Shown: positions 46,666-57,497 of the stretch, one piece after another
How positions within the stretch are numbered: the stretch's first letter is position 1
Layout: the number at the start of each line of letters is the position of its first letter
From: Candidatus Latescibacterota bacterium
GTDB lineage: Bacteria > Latescibacterota > UBA2968
DNA: 64,000 bases
Reading direction: 5' to 3'
NCBI GenBank assembly: GCA_965207885.1
Contig: OZ242311.1
Span: 480,001-544,000, forward strand
The notes under the pieces: generated by a model
The model's database searches: none
The model's input: the letters and a program-made list of their open reading frames with translations, nothing else
What the model was told of the DNA's origin: nothing
Position numbers and translations under genes: made by a program

Positions 46666-47199
46666 ATGGATATTGATATTCGCTCTCTGAAATCGTCTGA
46701 GGTGTCTCGGCTTCGGTATTTGCCGTTTTCCCGTAAAGAAACGCAGCGGCGGCGGTTTATGCTACAGGAATCCGGCAGGCTCGTTTTTTTTGTGGCCTGG
46801 TGGGGCAATTTGCCGGTGGCTCAGGTTTTGCTCAATTGGGAAGGCGGCGATGCTGCTGGCGTGCCGCCGCAAGTGCGACCATGGCCCGAGGTGTCGTCGC
46901 TTTTTGTGCATCCAGATTATCGGCGGATGGGTATTGCGTCGCGGTTGTTAGATGTGTGTGAGCGGACTACTTTTCAGCGGGGCTATGAGAATATTGGTCT
47001 GTGCGTTTACGTGAAGAATCATCCTGCGCTCAATTTGTACGCTCGCCGCGGGTACAAAGATGCGGGATGGGAACCGTATTTGGCCCGGGGTGTTTATACT
47101 GATGCCAATGGCGGGCAGAGTAACTGGCGAGAGACGCGCGTTTATTTGATTAAGTCACTCAGGAAAAAATATGAATCCAGATCCTTTTGTTCAGTTTGA
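46666..47199 (+). CDS. GNAT acetyltransferase
   Basis: VHPDYRRMGIA, NHPALNLYARRGY. Confidence 0.82.
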   Translation: MDIDIRSLKSSEVSRLRYLPFSRKETQRRRFMLQESGRLVFFVAWWGNLPVAQVLLNWEGGDAAGVPPQVRPWPEVSSLFVHPDYRRMGIASRLLDVCERTTFQRGYENIGLCVYVKNHPALNLYARRGYKDAGWEPYLARGVYTDANGGQSNWRETRVYLIKSLRKKYESRSFCSV

Positions 47200-47752
47200 T
47201 ATGTGGTTTGAAGAGGCGAGGGCTTCGGAGCCGACTCTGCCCGAGGCTGTGGCTCTGGCGACGGCGACGCGCGATGGAAAGCCTTCGGTACGTATGGTGC
47301 TGGTGAAGCAGTGCGATCAAGAGGGGTTTGTGTTTTTTACGAATCTGGAGAGTCGCAAGGCCGATGAGTTGGCGGAGAATCCCAGAGCCGCTTTGCTGTT
47401 TCACTGGAAGTCGCTGGTCAGGCAGGTGCGTATTGAGGGACGGGTTGAGGCTGTTTCGGACGAGGTGTCCAGGGTGTATTTTGATTCGCGTCCTCGAGGT
47501 AGTCGCTTGAGTGCGTGGGCGTCTCCACAAAGCGAGGCGATTCCCGATCGGGCGTTTTTGGAAGGTCGCGTGGCAGAATTGAGTCGTAAATATCCGGGAG
47601 AGGATGTGCCGCTGCCGGATTTTTGGGGGGGCTATCGGGTGGTTCCCGATCAGTTTGAATTTTGGGTGAATAGGGATGATCGGTTGCACGATCGGTTTTT
47701 GTATGTTCGGCAAGATGATGGCGCGTGGCAGCGCGCTTTGCTGGCACCGTAG
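47171..47752 (+). CDS. pdxH: Pyridoxine/pyridoxamine 5'-phosphate oxidase
   Basis: RMVLVK, FFTNLESRK, RQVRIEG, FEFW...RLHDR. Confidence 0.95.
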   Translation: MNPDPFVQFDMWFEEARASEPTLPEAVALATATRDGKPSVRMVLVKQCDQEGFVFFTNLESRKADELAENPRAALLFHWKSLVRQVRIEGRVEAVSDEVSRVYFDSRPRGSRLSAWASPQSEAIPDRAFLEGRVAELSRKYPGEDVPLPDFWGGYRVVPDQFEFWVNRDDRLHDRFLYVRQDDGAWQRALLAP

Positions 47753-47758
47753 AGGAGG

Positions 47759-48487
47759 ATGGGAATGACCAAACTCAGTGTGAATTTGAATCGGGTGGCG
47801 CTGTTGCGGAATAGCCGGCCGCTTACTTTTCCCAGTGTGACAAAGGCGGCGCAGGTGTGTATTGATGCGGGGGCGCATGGGATTACGGTGCATCCCCGGC
47901 CCGACGAGCGGCATATTCGCAGGACGGATGTTTATGAGTTGAAAGAAATGATTTCGGGGGTGGAGTACAATATTGAGGGCAATCCCTTTCCCGATTTTAT
48001 GGATATGGTGCGGGATGTGGTGCCAGATCAGTGTACGCTGGTGCCCGATGAACCCGATCAGAGCACGTCCGATCACGGTTGGGATTTGAGACGGGATGGC
48101 GAGCGGCTTGTGCCGATTATTGCGGAGTTGAAAGGTCTGGGTATTCGGGTTTCTCTGTTTATGGATCCGGTGCCAGAGGATATGGTTCTGGCAAAGGATC
48201 TGGGTGCGGATCGCGTTGAACTTTATACGGAGTCTTACGCTTCTGCTTATGACGGAGGCGATGTGGGACCTGTTTTTCGACAGTACGCGGATTCGGCGCG
48301 CGCAGCACAGGATGCCGGGCTGGGGGTTAATGCAGGGCACGATCTCAATCTCGATAATTTGGGGGAGTTTGTGACGATTCCCGGGATTCTCGAGGTGTCT
48401 ATTGGTCACGCGCTGATCGCAGATACTGTTTTTATGGGGTTGGAGAATACGGTGAAGGCGTATTTGAGGGTGTTGGGGTATGGGTGA
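47759..48487 (+). CDS. pdxJ: Pyridoxine 5'-phosphate synthase
   Basis: LSVNLN, GITVHPRPDERHIR, NAGHDL, EVSIGHALI. Confidence 0.95.
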   Translation: MGMTKLSVNLNRVALLRNSRPLTFPSVTKAAQVCIDAGAHGITVHPRPDERHIRRTDVYELKEMISGVEYNIEGNPFPDFMDMVRDVVPDQCTLVPDEPDQSTSDHGWDLRRDGERLVPIIAELKGLGIRVSLFMDPVPEDMVLAKDLGADRVELYTESYASAYDGGDVGPVFRQYADSARAAQDAGLGVNAGHDLNLDNLGEFVTIPGILEVSIGHALIADTVFMGLENTVKAYLRVLGYG

Positions 48488-48605
48488 GGTGAGAGGCTAA
48501 CATCATCCCCAACGCCATTGACAAAGCGATTTCATTTGTTTATTATTGCACGTTGGGCCAGCAGTTAGTGACCGAAGTATTATAAAGAAAGGATTATCCA
48601 ACGCG

Positions 48606-49934
48606 ATGAATGTGCAGGTGACCGAGTCGGGGACGTGGCGTCGAACATTGGAGATTGAGGCCCCGGCTGAGGATGTGGATAAGCGTCTCAATGACGCTTA
48701 CAGGAAATATAGCAAGACCCTTAATTTGCCGGGGTTTCGCAAGGGTAAAATTCCCCTGAGTGTTGTCAAACGGCAATTTGGGCCGGCCATCCAGGGTGAG
48801 GTTGTACAGGAGATGGTCGAGGAGTTTTACCGGGAGGCGAGTGAAGCCGAAGGTATTCAACCCGTTTCCCAGGCGAGTATTGACGATATCAATTTTGAAG
48901 AGGGACAACCTCTGGTGTTCAAGGCTTCTGTCGATGTCCGTCCAGAGATAACCGTGGAGACCTATAAGGAGCTGAAGGTGACGCGGCCCGTGTTTGCGGT
49001 TGAAGACGAGCATGTTGACAGTCGGCTGCGGTATATGCAAGAGGAGAGTGCGACCGAGCAGGTCGTGGAGCGCGCTGCCGATCTCGACGATGTGGTTTTT
49101 GCCGATGTCGAAGAACTCGATGAGGGCGGCAGTCCCGTGCCCGATCACGGGTCAGAAGATCAATCGATTCGGCTGTTTAAGACGGAAGACGGCAAGCCGA
49201 CTGATTTGGCAGAGCAATTGATGGGTATTTCGGCCGGTGAGTCCCGTGAGGTTAAAATTACGCGGCCCGTTCAGGATGAGCACGATCACGAGGATTGCGA
49301 TCACGACCACGATCCTGATGACCACGACGAAGGACCGAAAGAAGAAACCGTGATGTTTCGCGTGACGGCGAAAGAAATACGCGAGCGCGAGTTGCCCGAG
49401 TTGGATGACGAGTTGGCTCAGGATGTCGGCGGCGTGGAGACGTTGGACGAACTCAAGACGCAGATCCGCAATGAGATGCAGACGCAGTACGAGCAGATGA
49501 TTCGCCAGCGCGTTGAGGAAAATTTGATGGATGCGCTGATCGAGGAGAATCCTTTTGAGGTTCCCGATAGCATGGTCGAGAATTATCTCAATGGTATGAT
49601 TGAGTCATACAAGCAGGAGCAAGCGGGTCACGATCAAGGGATTGACGAAGATGCGCTTCGCGAGGAAGGGCGCGATCAAGCCGAGCGCGGTGTCAAACGC
49701 TTTTTGTTGCTGGATGCTGTTGCCGATCAGGAAAATATCGAGGTGACGGATGACGATCTGGACAAGCATCTCGAAGAGATGTCGCAACGGCACAATATTG
49801 AAGGGCCGCGTTTGCGTCAGATTTTGAGCCGAACCGAACAGCTTGATCAGATTGAGTCGGAGATTAAAACGCAGAAGACGTTTGATTTTCTCATCGATAA
49901 TGCAGATGTCGAAGATGTTGAGGAAGTTGAATAG
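48606..49934 (+). CDS. tig: Trigger factor
   Basis: LPGFRKGKIP ribosome-binding motif; tig-clpP-clpX synteny. Confidence 0.95.
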   Translation: MNVQVTESGTWRRTLEIEAPAEDVDKRLNDAYRKYSKTLNLPGFRKGKIPLSVVKRQFGPAIQGEVVQEMVEEFYREASEAEGIQPVSQASIDDINFEEGQPLVFKASVDVRPEITVETYKELKVTRPVFAVEDEHVDSRLRYMQEESATEQVVERAADLDDVVFADVEELDEGGSPVPDHGSEDQSIRLFKTEDGKPTDLAEQLMGISAGESREVKITRPVQDEHDHEDCDHDHDPDDHDEGPKEETVMFRVTAKEIRERELPELDDELAQDVGGVETLDELKTQIRNEMQTQYEQMIRQRVEENLMDALIEENPFEVPDSMVENYLNGMIESYKQEQAGHDQGIDEDALREEGRDQAERGVKRFLLLDAVADQENIEVTDDDLDKHLEEMSQRHNIEGPRLRQILSRTEQLDQIESEIKTQKTFDFLIDNADVEDVEEVE

Positions 49935-50009
49935 ACGGAGCGGGGTACAACTGGTTCAGGCCAGTTCATAGACGGATTTTACATTTAAACATGGGATTTA
50001 AAATTAAAT

Positions 50010-50624
50010 ATGGCTCTGGTTCCTACAGTTCTTGAACAAACAGGGCGTGGCGAGCGCGCTTATGACATTTTTTCGCGGCTGTTGCGCGATAATATTATTT
50101 TTATTGGTACGCCGATCAACGATACGATTGCCAATCTGGTGATTGCCCAGATGTTGTTTTGCACATCTGAAACGCCCGAGAAGCCGATTCGGCTGTATAT
50201 CAATTCTCCCGGCGGCAGTATTACGGCGGGTTTGGCTATTTACGATACGATGCAATACGTGCCCAATGATGTTGAAACGCTTTGTGTGGGTCAGGCTTTT
50301 TCACTGGGTGCCGTGCTTCTTGCAGGGGGCACGAAGGGGCATCGCCGCGCATTGCCAAATTCGCGCATTTTGCTGCATCAACCCATTGGCGGTGCAGGCG
50401 GTCAGGCTTCGGATATCGAACGACACGCCGAAGAGATTTTGCAATATCGCGACCGTTTGAACGCCATTTTATCCGAATGTACGGGTCAGCCTATTGAGCG
50501 CATAGAAAGGGATGCAGACCGCGATTTCTTTATGTCGGCTGATGAGTCAAAGGAATATGGCCTGATTGACGAAGTGCTCAGTCCCGAGAGTTCCACCCCC
50601 GATATCGACGAAGCTTTGTCATGA
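50010..50624 (+). CDS. clpP: ATP-dependent Clp protease proteolytic subunit
   Basis: [23 protein letters not shown] (Ser), HQP, DRDFFM. Confidence 0.97.
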   Translation: MALVPTVLEQTGRGERAYDIFSRLLRDNIIFIGTPINDTIANLVIAQMLFCTSETPEKPIRLYINSPGGSITAGLAIYDTMQYVPNDVETLCVGQAFSLGAVLLAGGTKGHRRALPNSRILLHQPIGGAGGQASDIERHAEEILQYRDRLNAILSECTGQPIERIERDADRDFFMSADESKEYGLIDEVLSPESSTPDIDEALS

Positions 50625-50638
50625 GGAAGTAGGGCGTT

Positions 50639-51886
50639 ATGAAACGACGGACATCCAGAGCAGAAATTCGCTGTTCTTTTTGTGGCAAGAGTGCCGATCA
50701 GGTCGATAAGATCGTCACCGGCCCGAGCGTGAATATTTGCAGCGAGTGTATCAAGCTGTGCAATGAGGTTTTGCGAGAGGACGATCTCAAAAAGCCCGTG
50801 ACGCTTCACAAAGGGTTGCCCAAGCCGCAGGAAATTAAGACGCGTCTCGACGATTATGTAATTGGCCAGGAGCGCGCCAAGCGCGTTCTTTCGGTTGCGG
50901 TGTATAATCACTACAAGCGCATTCGGTCCAATCAGTCTGCGGATGATGTCGAACTCGATAAGAGCAATATTTTGCTTATGGGACCCACGGGTACTGGCAA
51001 GACGCTTTTGGCACAAACGCTGGCGCGTATTTTGCAGGTTCCATTTTCGATTGCCGATGCCACTATTTTGACCGAAGCAGGATATGTTGGCGAAGATGTT
51101 GAGAATATTCTGGTGCGCCTACTTCAGGCGGCGGATTACGATGTGGCGCAGGCAGAGATGGGTATTTTGTATTTGGACGAGGTCGATAAAATTTCTCGAA
51201 AGTCGGCCAATCCATCTATTACGCGCGATGTGTCTGGGGAAGGTGTTCAGCAAGCGTTGTTGAAGATTCTGGAAGGTACGGTGGCGAGTATTCCGCCCAA
51301 GGGGGGGCGCAAGCATCCCGAACAACCTCTGATTCAGCTCAATACCAAAAATATTCTGTTTATCTGTGGCGGTGCATTTGATGGTTTGGAAAGCGTTATT
51401 AGCACTCGCATCGGCAAGAAGACCATTGGTTTTGGAGCTGATTCGAACGATTTGGATGAGCAAAGTACCGGTGAGATTTTCCAGCATGCCGAGCCAGAAG
51501 ATTTGATCAAATACGGTTTGATTCCAGAACTGGTTGGGCGGATGCCCGTGATGTGTGCGTTGAGTGAGTTGGATGAGGCTGCACTGTTGCAGATTTTGAC
51601 GGAACCGCAAAATGCGATTACCAAGCAATATCAAAAGTTGTTCGAACTCGATGGGGTTGAGCTGACTTTTGAGGATGACGCACTGCGCGAGGTTGTGCGC
51701 ATTACACAGGAAAAGGGTACAGGCGCGCGCGGGTTGCGGTCGGTTCTCGAGACTGTTATGACGGATTTGATGTACGATATACCCTCCAATGAGGACCTGA
51801 CCGAGATCACAGTGACCCTCGATATGGTTCAAAATCGCAACAAGCCGCGTATGGAAGTTCTCGAATCCACACAAAAAAGCGCTTAA
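50639..51886 (+). CDS. clpX: Clp protease ATP-binding subunit ClpX
   Basis: CSFCGK zinc finger, [22 protein letters not shown] loop. Confidence 0.97.
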   Translation: MKRRTSRAEIRCSFCGKSADQVDKIVTGPSVNICSECIKLCNEVLREDDLKKPVTLHKGLPKPQEIKTRLDDYVIGQERAKRVLSVAVYNHYKRIRSNQSADDVELDKSNILLMGPTGTGKTLLAQTLARILQVPFSIADATILTEAGYVGEDVENILVRLLQAADYDVAQAEMGILYLDEVDKISRKSANPSITRDVSGEGVQQALLKILEGTVASIPPKGGRKHPEQPLIQLNTKNILFICGGAFDGLESVISTRIGKKTIGFGADSNDLDEQSTGEIFQHAEPEDLIKYGLIPELVGRMPVMCALSELDEAALLQILTEPQNAITKQYQKLFELDGVELTFEDDALREVVRITQEKGTGARGLRSVLETVMTDLMYDIPSNEDLTEITVTLDMVQNRNKPRMEVLESTQKSA

Positions 51887-51962
51887 AAAGATAGATATTT
51901 CCCACAGATGGGGAACCGGGGCCGAATTGGACCCCGGTTTTCGTTTGTGTGAAAGGGCGGTC

Positions 51963-52550
51963 ATGCAATTCCATTCTGTCGAATTTGTTACGAGTGTTGG
52001 CTTTTTGAGGCAGTTGCCTCGCGATGGGATGGCCGAGATTGCATTTGCGGGGCGTTCCAATGTAGGCAAGTCGTCGTTGCTCAATCGGCTGTTCAATCGA
52101 AAAAATTTGGCGAAGACGAGTAGCACGCCCGGCAAGACGCGGACGCTGAATTTTTACCGCGTAAATCACGCGTATTATTTTGTCGATTTGCCCGGTTATG
52201 GCTATGCAAAGCGCAGTTGGGAAGAGCGCCAGGCGTGGGGAAAGCTGATTGAGGGGTATGTGCAGGATCGGCCTTCAATCAGGGGTTTTGTTCAGTTGAT
52301 CGATGCGAGGCACGATCCGAGCCGAGATGATTTGCAGATGATCGACTGGCTGGTACACGGCAACAAGCCGTTTGTGGTGGTTGCTACCAAGGCGGATAAG
52401 TTGTCGGGTCATAAACTCAAGAATCGATTGGATCAAACCCGTCGGATGCTCGCTTTGCACGGCGATTTTGACCTTGTGCCGTTTTCCGCGACGACGGGTC
52501 GCGGTAAGGATGCGGTTTGGCGGTGGATTGGAGAGGTGCTGAATGTTTGA
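51963..52550 (+). CDS. engB: Ribosome biogenesis GTPase YihA/YsxC
   Basis: GRSNVGKSS, DLPGYG, TKADK. Confidence 0.95.
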   Translation: MQFHSVEFVTSVGFLRQLPRDGMAEIAFAGRSNVGKSSLLNRLFNRKNLAKTSSTPGKTRTLNFYRVNHAYYFVDLPGYGYAKRSWEERQAWGKLIEGYVQDRPSIRGFVQLIDARHDPSRDDLQMIDWLVHGNKPFVVVATKADKLSGHKLKNRLDQTRRMLALHGDFDLVPFSATTGRGKDAVWRWIGEVLNV

Positions 52551-53643
52551 CTATCGGGTAAAGAATGCCGAGGAGATTCCCACGCCTGCGCTGTTGGTTT
52601 ACAAGGAGGCGGTGGCGCATAATATTCGCGCGATTGGAGATATGATGGGCGGGTATGCGCGTTTGCGTCCGCATATTAAGACGCATAAGATGTCGCAGAT
52701 TGCGCGTATGGAGATGGATGAGGGGATTGATAAGTTTAAGTGTGCAACGCCCAAAGAGGCGGCGATGCTCGCTGCGATTGGTGCGACCGATGTGTTGATT
52801 TCTTATCATATCGTGGGGGCAAATATTGGGCGCGTGGTGGATTTGAAGCGGTTGTATCCCGATGCCGACTTGAAAGTTATTGCGGATGATGGGGATGCGA
52901 TTCAGGCGTTGTCCGATGCCTGCACATCGGCGGGTGTGAGTCTGGGTGTTATGGTGGATGTCAATACGGGGATGGATCGCACGGGTGCATTGCCCGGCGC
53001 GCCTTCGCTGGCTCTGGCACAGCAGATTGCACAGTCGTCGGGGTTGTGTTTTGTGGGTTTGCATGTGTATGATGGGCATGTGGGTGATTTCGATGCGGAT
53101 ATGCGTCAAAAGACGGCGTTTGAGTCGATTGAGCGGGCTGTTGAGACCCGGTGTCTGATAGAGCAGTCTGGGATTGAGGTTGAGAAATTGGTGGCTTCGG
53201 GGTCGCCGGGTTTTGAGCATACGCAACGGGTGGATGGGGTGGATGAGGTCTCGCCCGGTACGTGGATTTTTTGGGATACCGGATATGGTGACAAGTTGCA
53301 GAGTCCCTTTGAATGGGCAGCACTAATTTTGTCCAGTGTGATCAGTACGACTCGCGCAGACCTCGTTACATTGGACGCGGGCAGCAAGTCGGTTGCGCCC
53401 GATACGCCTGTGCCCCATTTTCGCGCGTTGGGGTTGTCAGATGAGATTGCGTTTGTGCGGCGCAATGAGGAACACCAGTTGTTGCAACTGCCGGAGGGCA
53501 CACCGAGACCGCGTGTGGGCGATCAATTTTATCTGGTGCCGCGCCATGTGTGTACGACCGTGAATTTGTGGGATGAGGTGTGTGTGATTGATGAAGACGG
53601 GATGTTTGTAGAGACATGGGCCGTGGATGCGAGAGGGCATTGA
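52543..53643 (+). CDS. D-threonine aldolase/D-serine dehydratase (DSD1)-like PLP enzyme
   Basis: TPALL, RPHIKTHK, DAGSKS, EEH, PRHVCTTVNL. Confidence 0.88.
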   Translation: MFDYRVKNAEEIPTPALLVYKEAVAHNIRAIGDMMGGYARLRPHIKTHKMSQIARMEMDEGIDKFKCATPKEAAMLAAIGATDVLISYHIVGANIGRVVDLKRLYPDADLKVIADDGDAIQALSDACTSAGVSLGVMVDVNTGMDRTGALPGAPSLALAQQIAQSSGLCFVGLHVYDGHVGDFDADMRQKTAFESIERAVETRCLIEQSGIEVEKLVASGSPGFEHTQRVDGVDEVSPGTWIFWDTGYGDKLQSPFEWAALILSSVISTTRADLVTLDAGSKSVAPDTPVPHFRALGLSDEIAFVRRNEEHQLLQLPEGTPRPRVGDQFYLVPRHVCTTVNLWDEVCVIDEDGMFVETWAVDARGH

Positions 53644-55230
53644 GTGAAAATGGAAAAGGTTCTGATCGCCGATTCTCTGGCCGATGGCTGGCAGAATGTT
53701 TTCGTTTCTTCAGATGTAGAAGTCGATGTGAATACGGGTCTGTCTGAAGATGCCTTGTGTGAGATTATCGGCGATTATGCCGGGCTGATTGTGCGCAGTG
53801 CAACGCGGGTTACGCAACGGGTGATTGAGGCGGGTGTGAATCTTCGCGCGATTGGTCGGGCGGGTGCTGGTGTGGATAATATCGATGTGGATGCCGCGAC
53901 TGAGCGGGGGATTGTGGTGATGAATGCACCGGGCGGCAATACGATTTCTGCCGCTGAGTACGCGATGGCTATGATGATGGCGCTGTCTCGCAATATCCCC
54001 CAGGCGACGGCATCGCTTAAAGCTGGCGAATGGGAGCGCGGCAAATATACGGGTGTTGAATTATACGGCAAGACTTTGGGCATTATTGGCGTGGGGCGCG
54101 TCGGTCAGCAGGTGGCGCGACGCGCGCATGCGTTTGGTATGACGTTGTTGGGTGCCGATCCCTTTTTGTCGGATGATCTGGCGCGGCAGTTGCATATACA
54201 GCAGGCTTCTTACGATGAGATTTTTGCCAGGTCGGATTATATTACGTTGCACGCAGCGTTTACAGATCAGACGCATCATCTCATTTCTGAATCGGCGCTT
54301 GCAAGGTGCAAAGATGGGGTGCGTATTATTAATTGCGCCCGGGGTGAGCTTGTGGATGAGAAGGCACTTGTCAGGGCGATTGAAGCGGGTAAGGTCGCAG
54401 GGGCTGCATTGGATGTGTTTGGCGAAGAGCCGCCTGCGGTTGATCATCCGCTGATTAAAAGGCCAGAGGTGGTTTCTACGCCGCATCTGGGGGCTTCGAC
54501 ATTTGAGGCGCAGGAAAATGTGGCGCGGCAGATTGCCATGGATTTGCGCGATGCACTGCAGGGTAAGCCCGTTCAAAGTGGTATCAATTTGCCGCCGATT
54601 GATCCCGAGTATCTCGATGCGATCAGTCCTTATTTGTCGCTGGCAGAAAAGGTGGGGTCGCTGCACGCGCAACTTATGGGCGGGCATTTGCACAGGGTGG
54701 TTAATCGCTATCAGGGTGTGATTCAGGAATACGCTACGGCGCCGCTTACGGCTGCGGTTTTAAAAGGTCTTTTTGAATATCAGGCCGAGGAGCCGGTGAC
54801 GCTGGTCAACGCGCCTTTGTGGGCTAAGGCGCGCAGCATTCGGGTCGAAGAGTCCAAGAGCAGTCACGCGGATTATAGCAATTTGATTACGATAGATGTC
54901 GAGACTTCGGAAGAGACGACATCGATTTCGGCGACGGTTTTTGGGCGCCGGGATTTGCGGTTGGTTCGCATAGATGATATTGAGGTGAAGGCAAAGCTCG
55001 AGGGGAATATGATTGTTTTGGGCAATCGTGATGTGCCCGGTGTGGTGGGGCATATGGGCAATTTGTTTGCGGTAAATGGGATCAATATTTCCGATATGGC
55101 GCTGGGGCGCAGGAGCCAGGGCGGCGAGGCGATTATGGTTTTTAATATCGATACGCCGGTGCAAGATGAGGTGCTGGCCGATATTGTGTCTCAGGAGTTT
55201 GTGAACTGGGTTAAACAGGTGAAGCTATAA
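53644..55230 (+). CDS. serA: D-3-phosphoglycerate dehydrogenase (with ASB and ACT domains)
   Basis: GRAGAGVDNID, GVGRVG, INCARG, TPHLGAST, C-terminal ACT domain. Confidence 0.95.
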   Translation: MKMEKVLIADSLADGWQNVFVSSDVEVDVNTGLSEDALCEIIGDYAGLIVRSATRVTQRVIEAGVNLRAIGRAGAGVDNIDVDAATERGIVVMNAPGGNTISAAEYAMAMMMALSRNIPQATASLKAGEWERGKYTGVELYGKTLGIIGVGRVGQQVARRAHAFGMTLLGADPFLSDDLARQLHIQQASYDEIFARSDYITLHAAFTDQTHHLISESALARCKDGVRIINCARGELVDEKALVRAIEAGKVAGAALDVFGEEPPAVDHPLIKRPEVVSTPHLGASTFEAQENVARQIAMDLRDALQGKPVQSGINLPPIDPEYLDAISPYLSLAEKVGSLHAQLMGGHLHRVVNRYQGVIQEYATAPLTAAVLKGLFEYQAEEPVTLVNAPLWAKARSIRVEESKSSHADYSNLITIDVETSEETTSISATVFGRRDLRLVRIDDIEVKAKLEGNMIVLGNRDVPGVVGHMGNLFAVNGINISDMALGRRSQGGEAIMVFNIDTPVQDEVLADIVSQEFVNWVKQVKL

Positions 55231-55349
55231 GAAGTGTGAAGGGCAAAGGATATTGGATTATTTTTGTAGGGGCGGGTCTTGTGCCCGCCCGTCATCGCGG
55301 TATGGTGTTGAGCCGCGATCCAGGAAGTTTTTGCTGATCGCTGATCGCT
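55231..55349. repeat. Modular intergenic repeat (heptamer stub, REP, palindrome, GCTGATC array)
   Basis: GAAGTGTGAAG; GTAGGGGCGGGTCTTGTGCCCGCCC; GTCATCGCGGTATGGTGTTGAGCCGCGATCCAG; (GCTGATC)x2. Confidence 0.8.
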
Positions 55350-55368
55350 TATTAGAAAAGGGAAAAAA

Positions 55369-56646
55369 ATGTCTGTTTCAGCAATTGTAGGTGCAAATTG
55401 GGGTGATGAAGGCAAGGGCAAGATGACGGATGTTCTGGCTCGGGATTCCGATTTTGTTATTCGCTTCCAGGGTGGCAATAATGCCGGGCATACGATTATT
55501 AATGAGTATGGAAAATTTGCCCTTCACCTTTTGCCTTCGGGCGTGTTTTATCCGCATACGACGAATATTCTCGGTACGGGGATTGCGTTGAATATTCCGG
55601 CTTTTATAGAGGAGGTGGATGATCTGATTGCCCGCGGCGTGCCGAAGCCAAATCTGTGTATTTCTGAGCGCGCGCAGGTGTTGCTTCCCTATCATCTTCT
55701 TATGGATGTGTACGAGGAGGAGCGGTTGGGGGATCGAAAGTACGGTTCGACCAAGTCGGGTATTGCGCCGTTTTATTCGGATAAGTATTTGAAGGTGGGG
55801 GTTCAGGTTGCCGATTTGTACGATGAGGGCCGCTTGCGCGACCGCGTCGCGCGCGCGCTGGAGGTGAAGAATGTGCTTTTTGAGCATTTGTACCACAAGC
55901 CGCTGATGTCTCTGGAGGAAATTGTGCCCGATTTGATGGCGGCCGGAGAGCAGATTGCGCCCTATGTTTGCGATACGTCGTTGTTGCTCCACAATGCGCT
56001 GAAGGAGAATAAGAAGATTCTCGTGGAGGGGCAGTTGGGTGCTTTGCGCGATCCGGATCACGGTATTTATCCCTATCCGACGTCTTCTTCTACTTTGGCG
56101 GGTTTTGCGTCGATTGGGGCGGGTATTCCACCTCATTCGATTACGCAGGTTGTCGCTGTTGCCAAGGCGTATTCTTCTTGCGTGGGGGCGGGTCCTTTTA
56201 TTTCTGAAATTTTTGGCGAGGAGGCGGATGAGCTTCGCGAGCGGGGCGGCGATGCAGGGGAGTACGGTGCGACGACGGGGAGACCCCGCAGGATGGGCTG
56301 GTTCGATGCTGTTGCTACGCGCTATGGGTGTCGCATGCAAGGGGCGACAGCGGTTGCGTTGTCGCTGCTCGATGTGCTGGGTTATCTCGATGAGATTCCG
56401 GTTTGTACGGCTTATGAGATCGATGGGGAGAAGACAGATATTTTTCCGGTTCCATCTCTGCTCGACCGGGCGACGCCTGTGCTGGAAAAGTTGCCGGGTT
56501 GGAGAACAGATATTTCTTCAGTGCGCGAGTTTTCGGATTTGCCGACGAATGCTCAGAGTTATGTGAAGCATATCGAGGCATGGCTCGAGGTTCCGGTGAA
56601 GTGGATTTCAGTGGGTCCGAGGCGGGAGGATATTATTGAGATGTAA
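55369..56646 (+). CDS. purA: Adenylosuccinate synthetase
   Basis: WGDEGKGK, GGNNAGHT, EYGATTGRPRR. Confidence 0.97.
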   Translation: MSVSAIVGANWGDEGKGKMTDVLARDSDFVIRFQGGNNAGHTIINEYGKFALHLLPSGVFYPHTTNILGTGIALNIPAFIEEVDDLIARGVPKPNLCISERAQVLLPYHLLMDVYEEERLGDRKYGSTKSGIAPFYSDKYLKVGVQVADLYDEGRLRDRVARALEVKNVLFEHLYHKPLMSLEEIVPDLMAAGEQIAPYVCDTSLLLHNALKENKKILVEGQLGALRDPDHGIYPYPTSSSTLAGFASIGAGIPPHSITQVVAVAKAYSSCVGAGPFISEIFGEEADELRERGGDAGEYGATTGRPRRMGWFDAVATRYGCRMQGATAVALSLLDVLGYLDEIPVCTAYEIDGEKTDIFPVPSLLDRATPVLEKLPGWRTDISSVREFSDLPTNAQSYVKHIEAWLEVPVKWISVGPRREDIIEM

Positions 56647-56673
56647 TGGTGTGAGTGTGGATCCTTATCTGAG

Positions 56674-56702
56674 AAGCCCGTCCAAAAGGACGGGCTTTTT
56701 TT
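56674..56702 (+). terminator. Intrinsic terminator after purA
   Basis: AAGCCCGTCC-AAAA-GGACGGGCTT followed by a T run. Confidence 0.85.
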
Positions 56703-56801
56703 GTACAGGAGGACGGTGTTTTGAAGAAACTTTGAATGTTTCGATTTTGTCAAAGAATATGCAGAATATTACATCAACTATAATTTATGGAGGCAAATTC
56801 G

Positions 56802-57497
56802 ATGTCACCTCTTCCCGTTGGAGATTTTGTGCCGTCTGTGTCTGAAGTGCGTATTCCGCGGCGAATGGAATATGAAGGTGAGTATATTGCGCTATCGCCA
56901 CTCGATTCCGAAAGGGATGCGCCCGGGTTGTTCGCATGTTCGCACGGGACGGAACTCGTGGAGCAGTTGTGGACGTATATGGCGTATGGGTCTTTTGAAG
57001 ATGTGTCGGACATGCAGGCGTGGCTTGAGGGGATTGAGCGTTCAGAGGATCCTCTCTTTTTGAGTGTTCGGGACAGAGCTTCTGATCGGCCTGTTGGGAT
57101 GGTGAGTTTTTTGAATATTGCGCCTGATGCAAGGCGGTTGGAGCTTGGGAATATCTGGTATGGTCCGGAGGCACAAAATACGTGTGCGAATACCGAGGCG
57201 GCGTATCTCATGCTTTGCGAGGCGTTTGATAGTATGCGTTATCGCCGCGTAGAGTGGAAGTGTGATGCGCTCAATGAACGCTCGCGGTCTGCCGCACTCC
57301 GCCTGGGGTTCACTTATGAAGGGCTGTTTCGCCAGCATATGATTGTGAAAGACCGAAATCGGGATACGACGTGGTTTTCTATGCTGGATACCGAATGGTC
57401 CCGGGTTAAAGACAATATGGAGCAATGGCTGTATCACAATCCGGATAAGTCCTGGTCGTTGAGGGAAAAGAATCAAGGGTTGGGTTGCGCGAGGTAG
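56802..57497 (+). CDS. GNAT (RimJ/RimL-type) acetyltransferase
   Basis: YRRVEWKCDALNERSRSAALRLGFTYEGLFRQH, RNRDTTWFS. Confidence 0.88.
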   Translation: MSPLPVGDFVPSVSEVRIPRRMEYEGEYIALSPLDSERDAPGLFACSHGTELVEQLWTYMAYGSFEDVSDMQAWLEGIERSEDPLFLSVRDRASDRPVGMVSFLNIAPDARRLELGNIWYGPEAQNTCANTEAAYLMLCEAFDSMRYRRVEWKCDALNERSRSAALRLGFTYEGLFRQHMIVKDRNRDTTWFSMLDTEWSRVKDNMEQWLYHNPDKSWSLREKNQGLGCAR

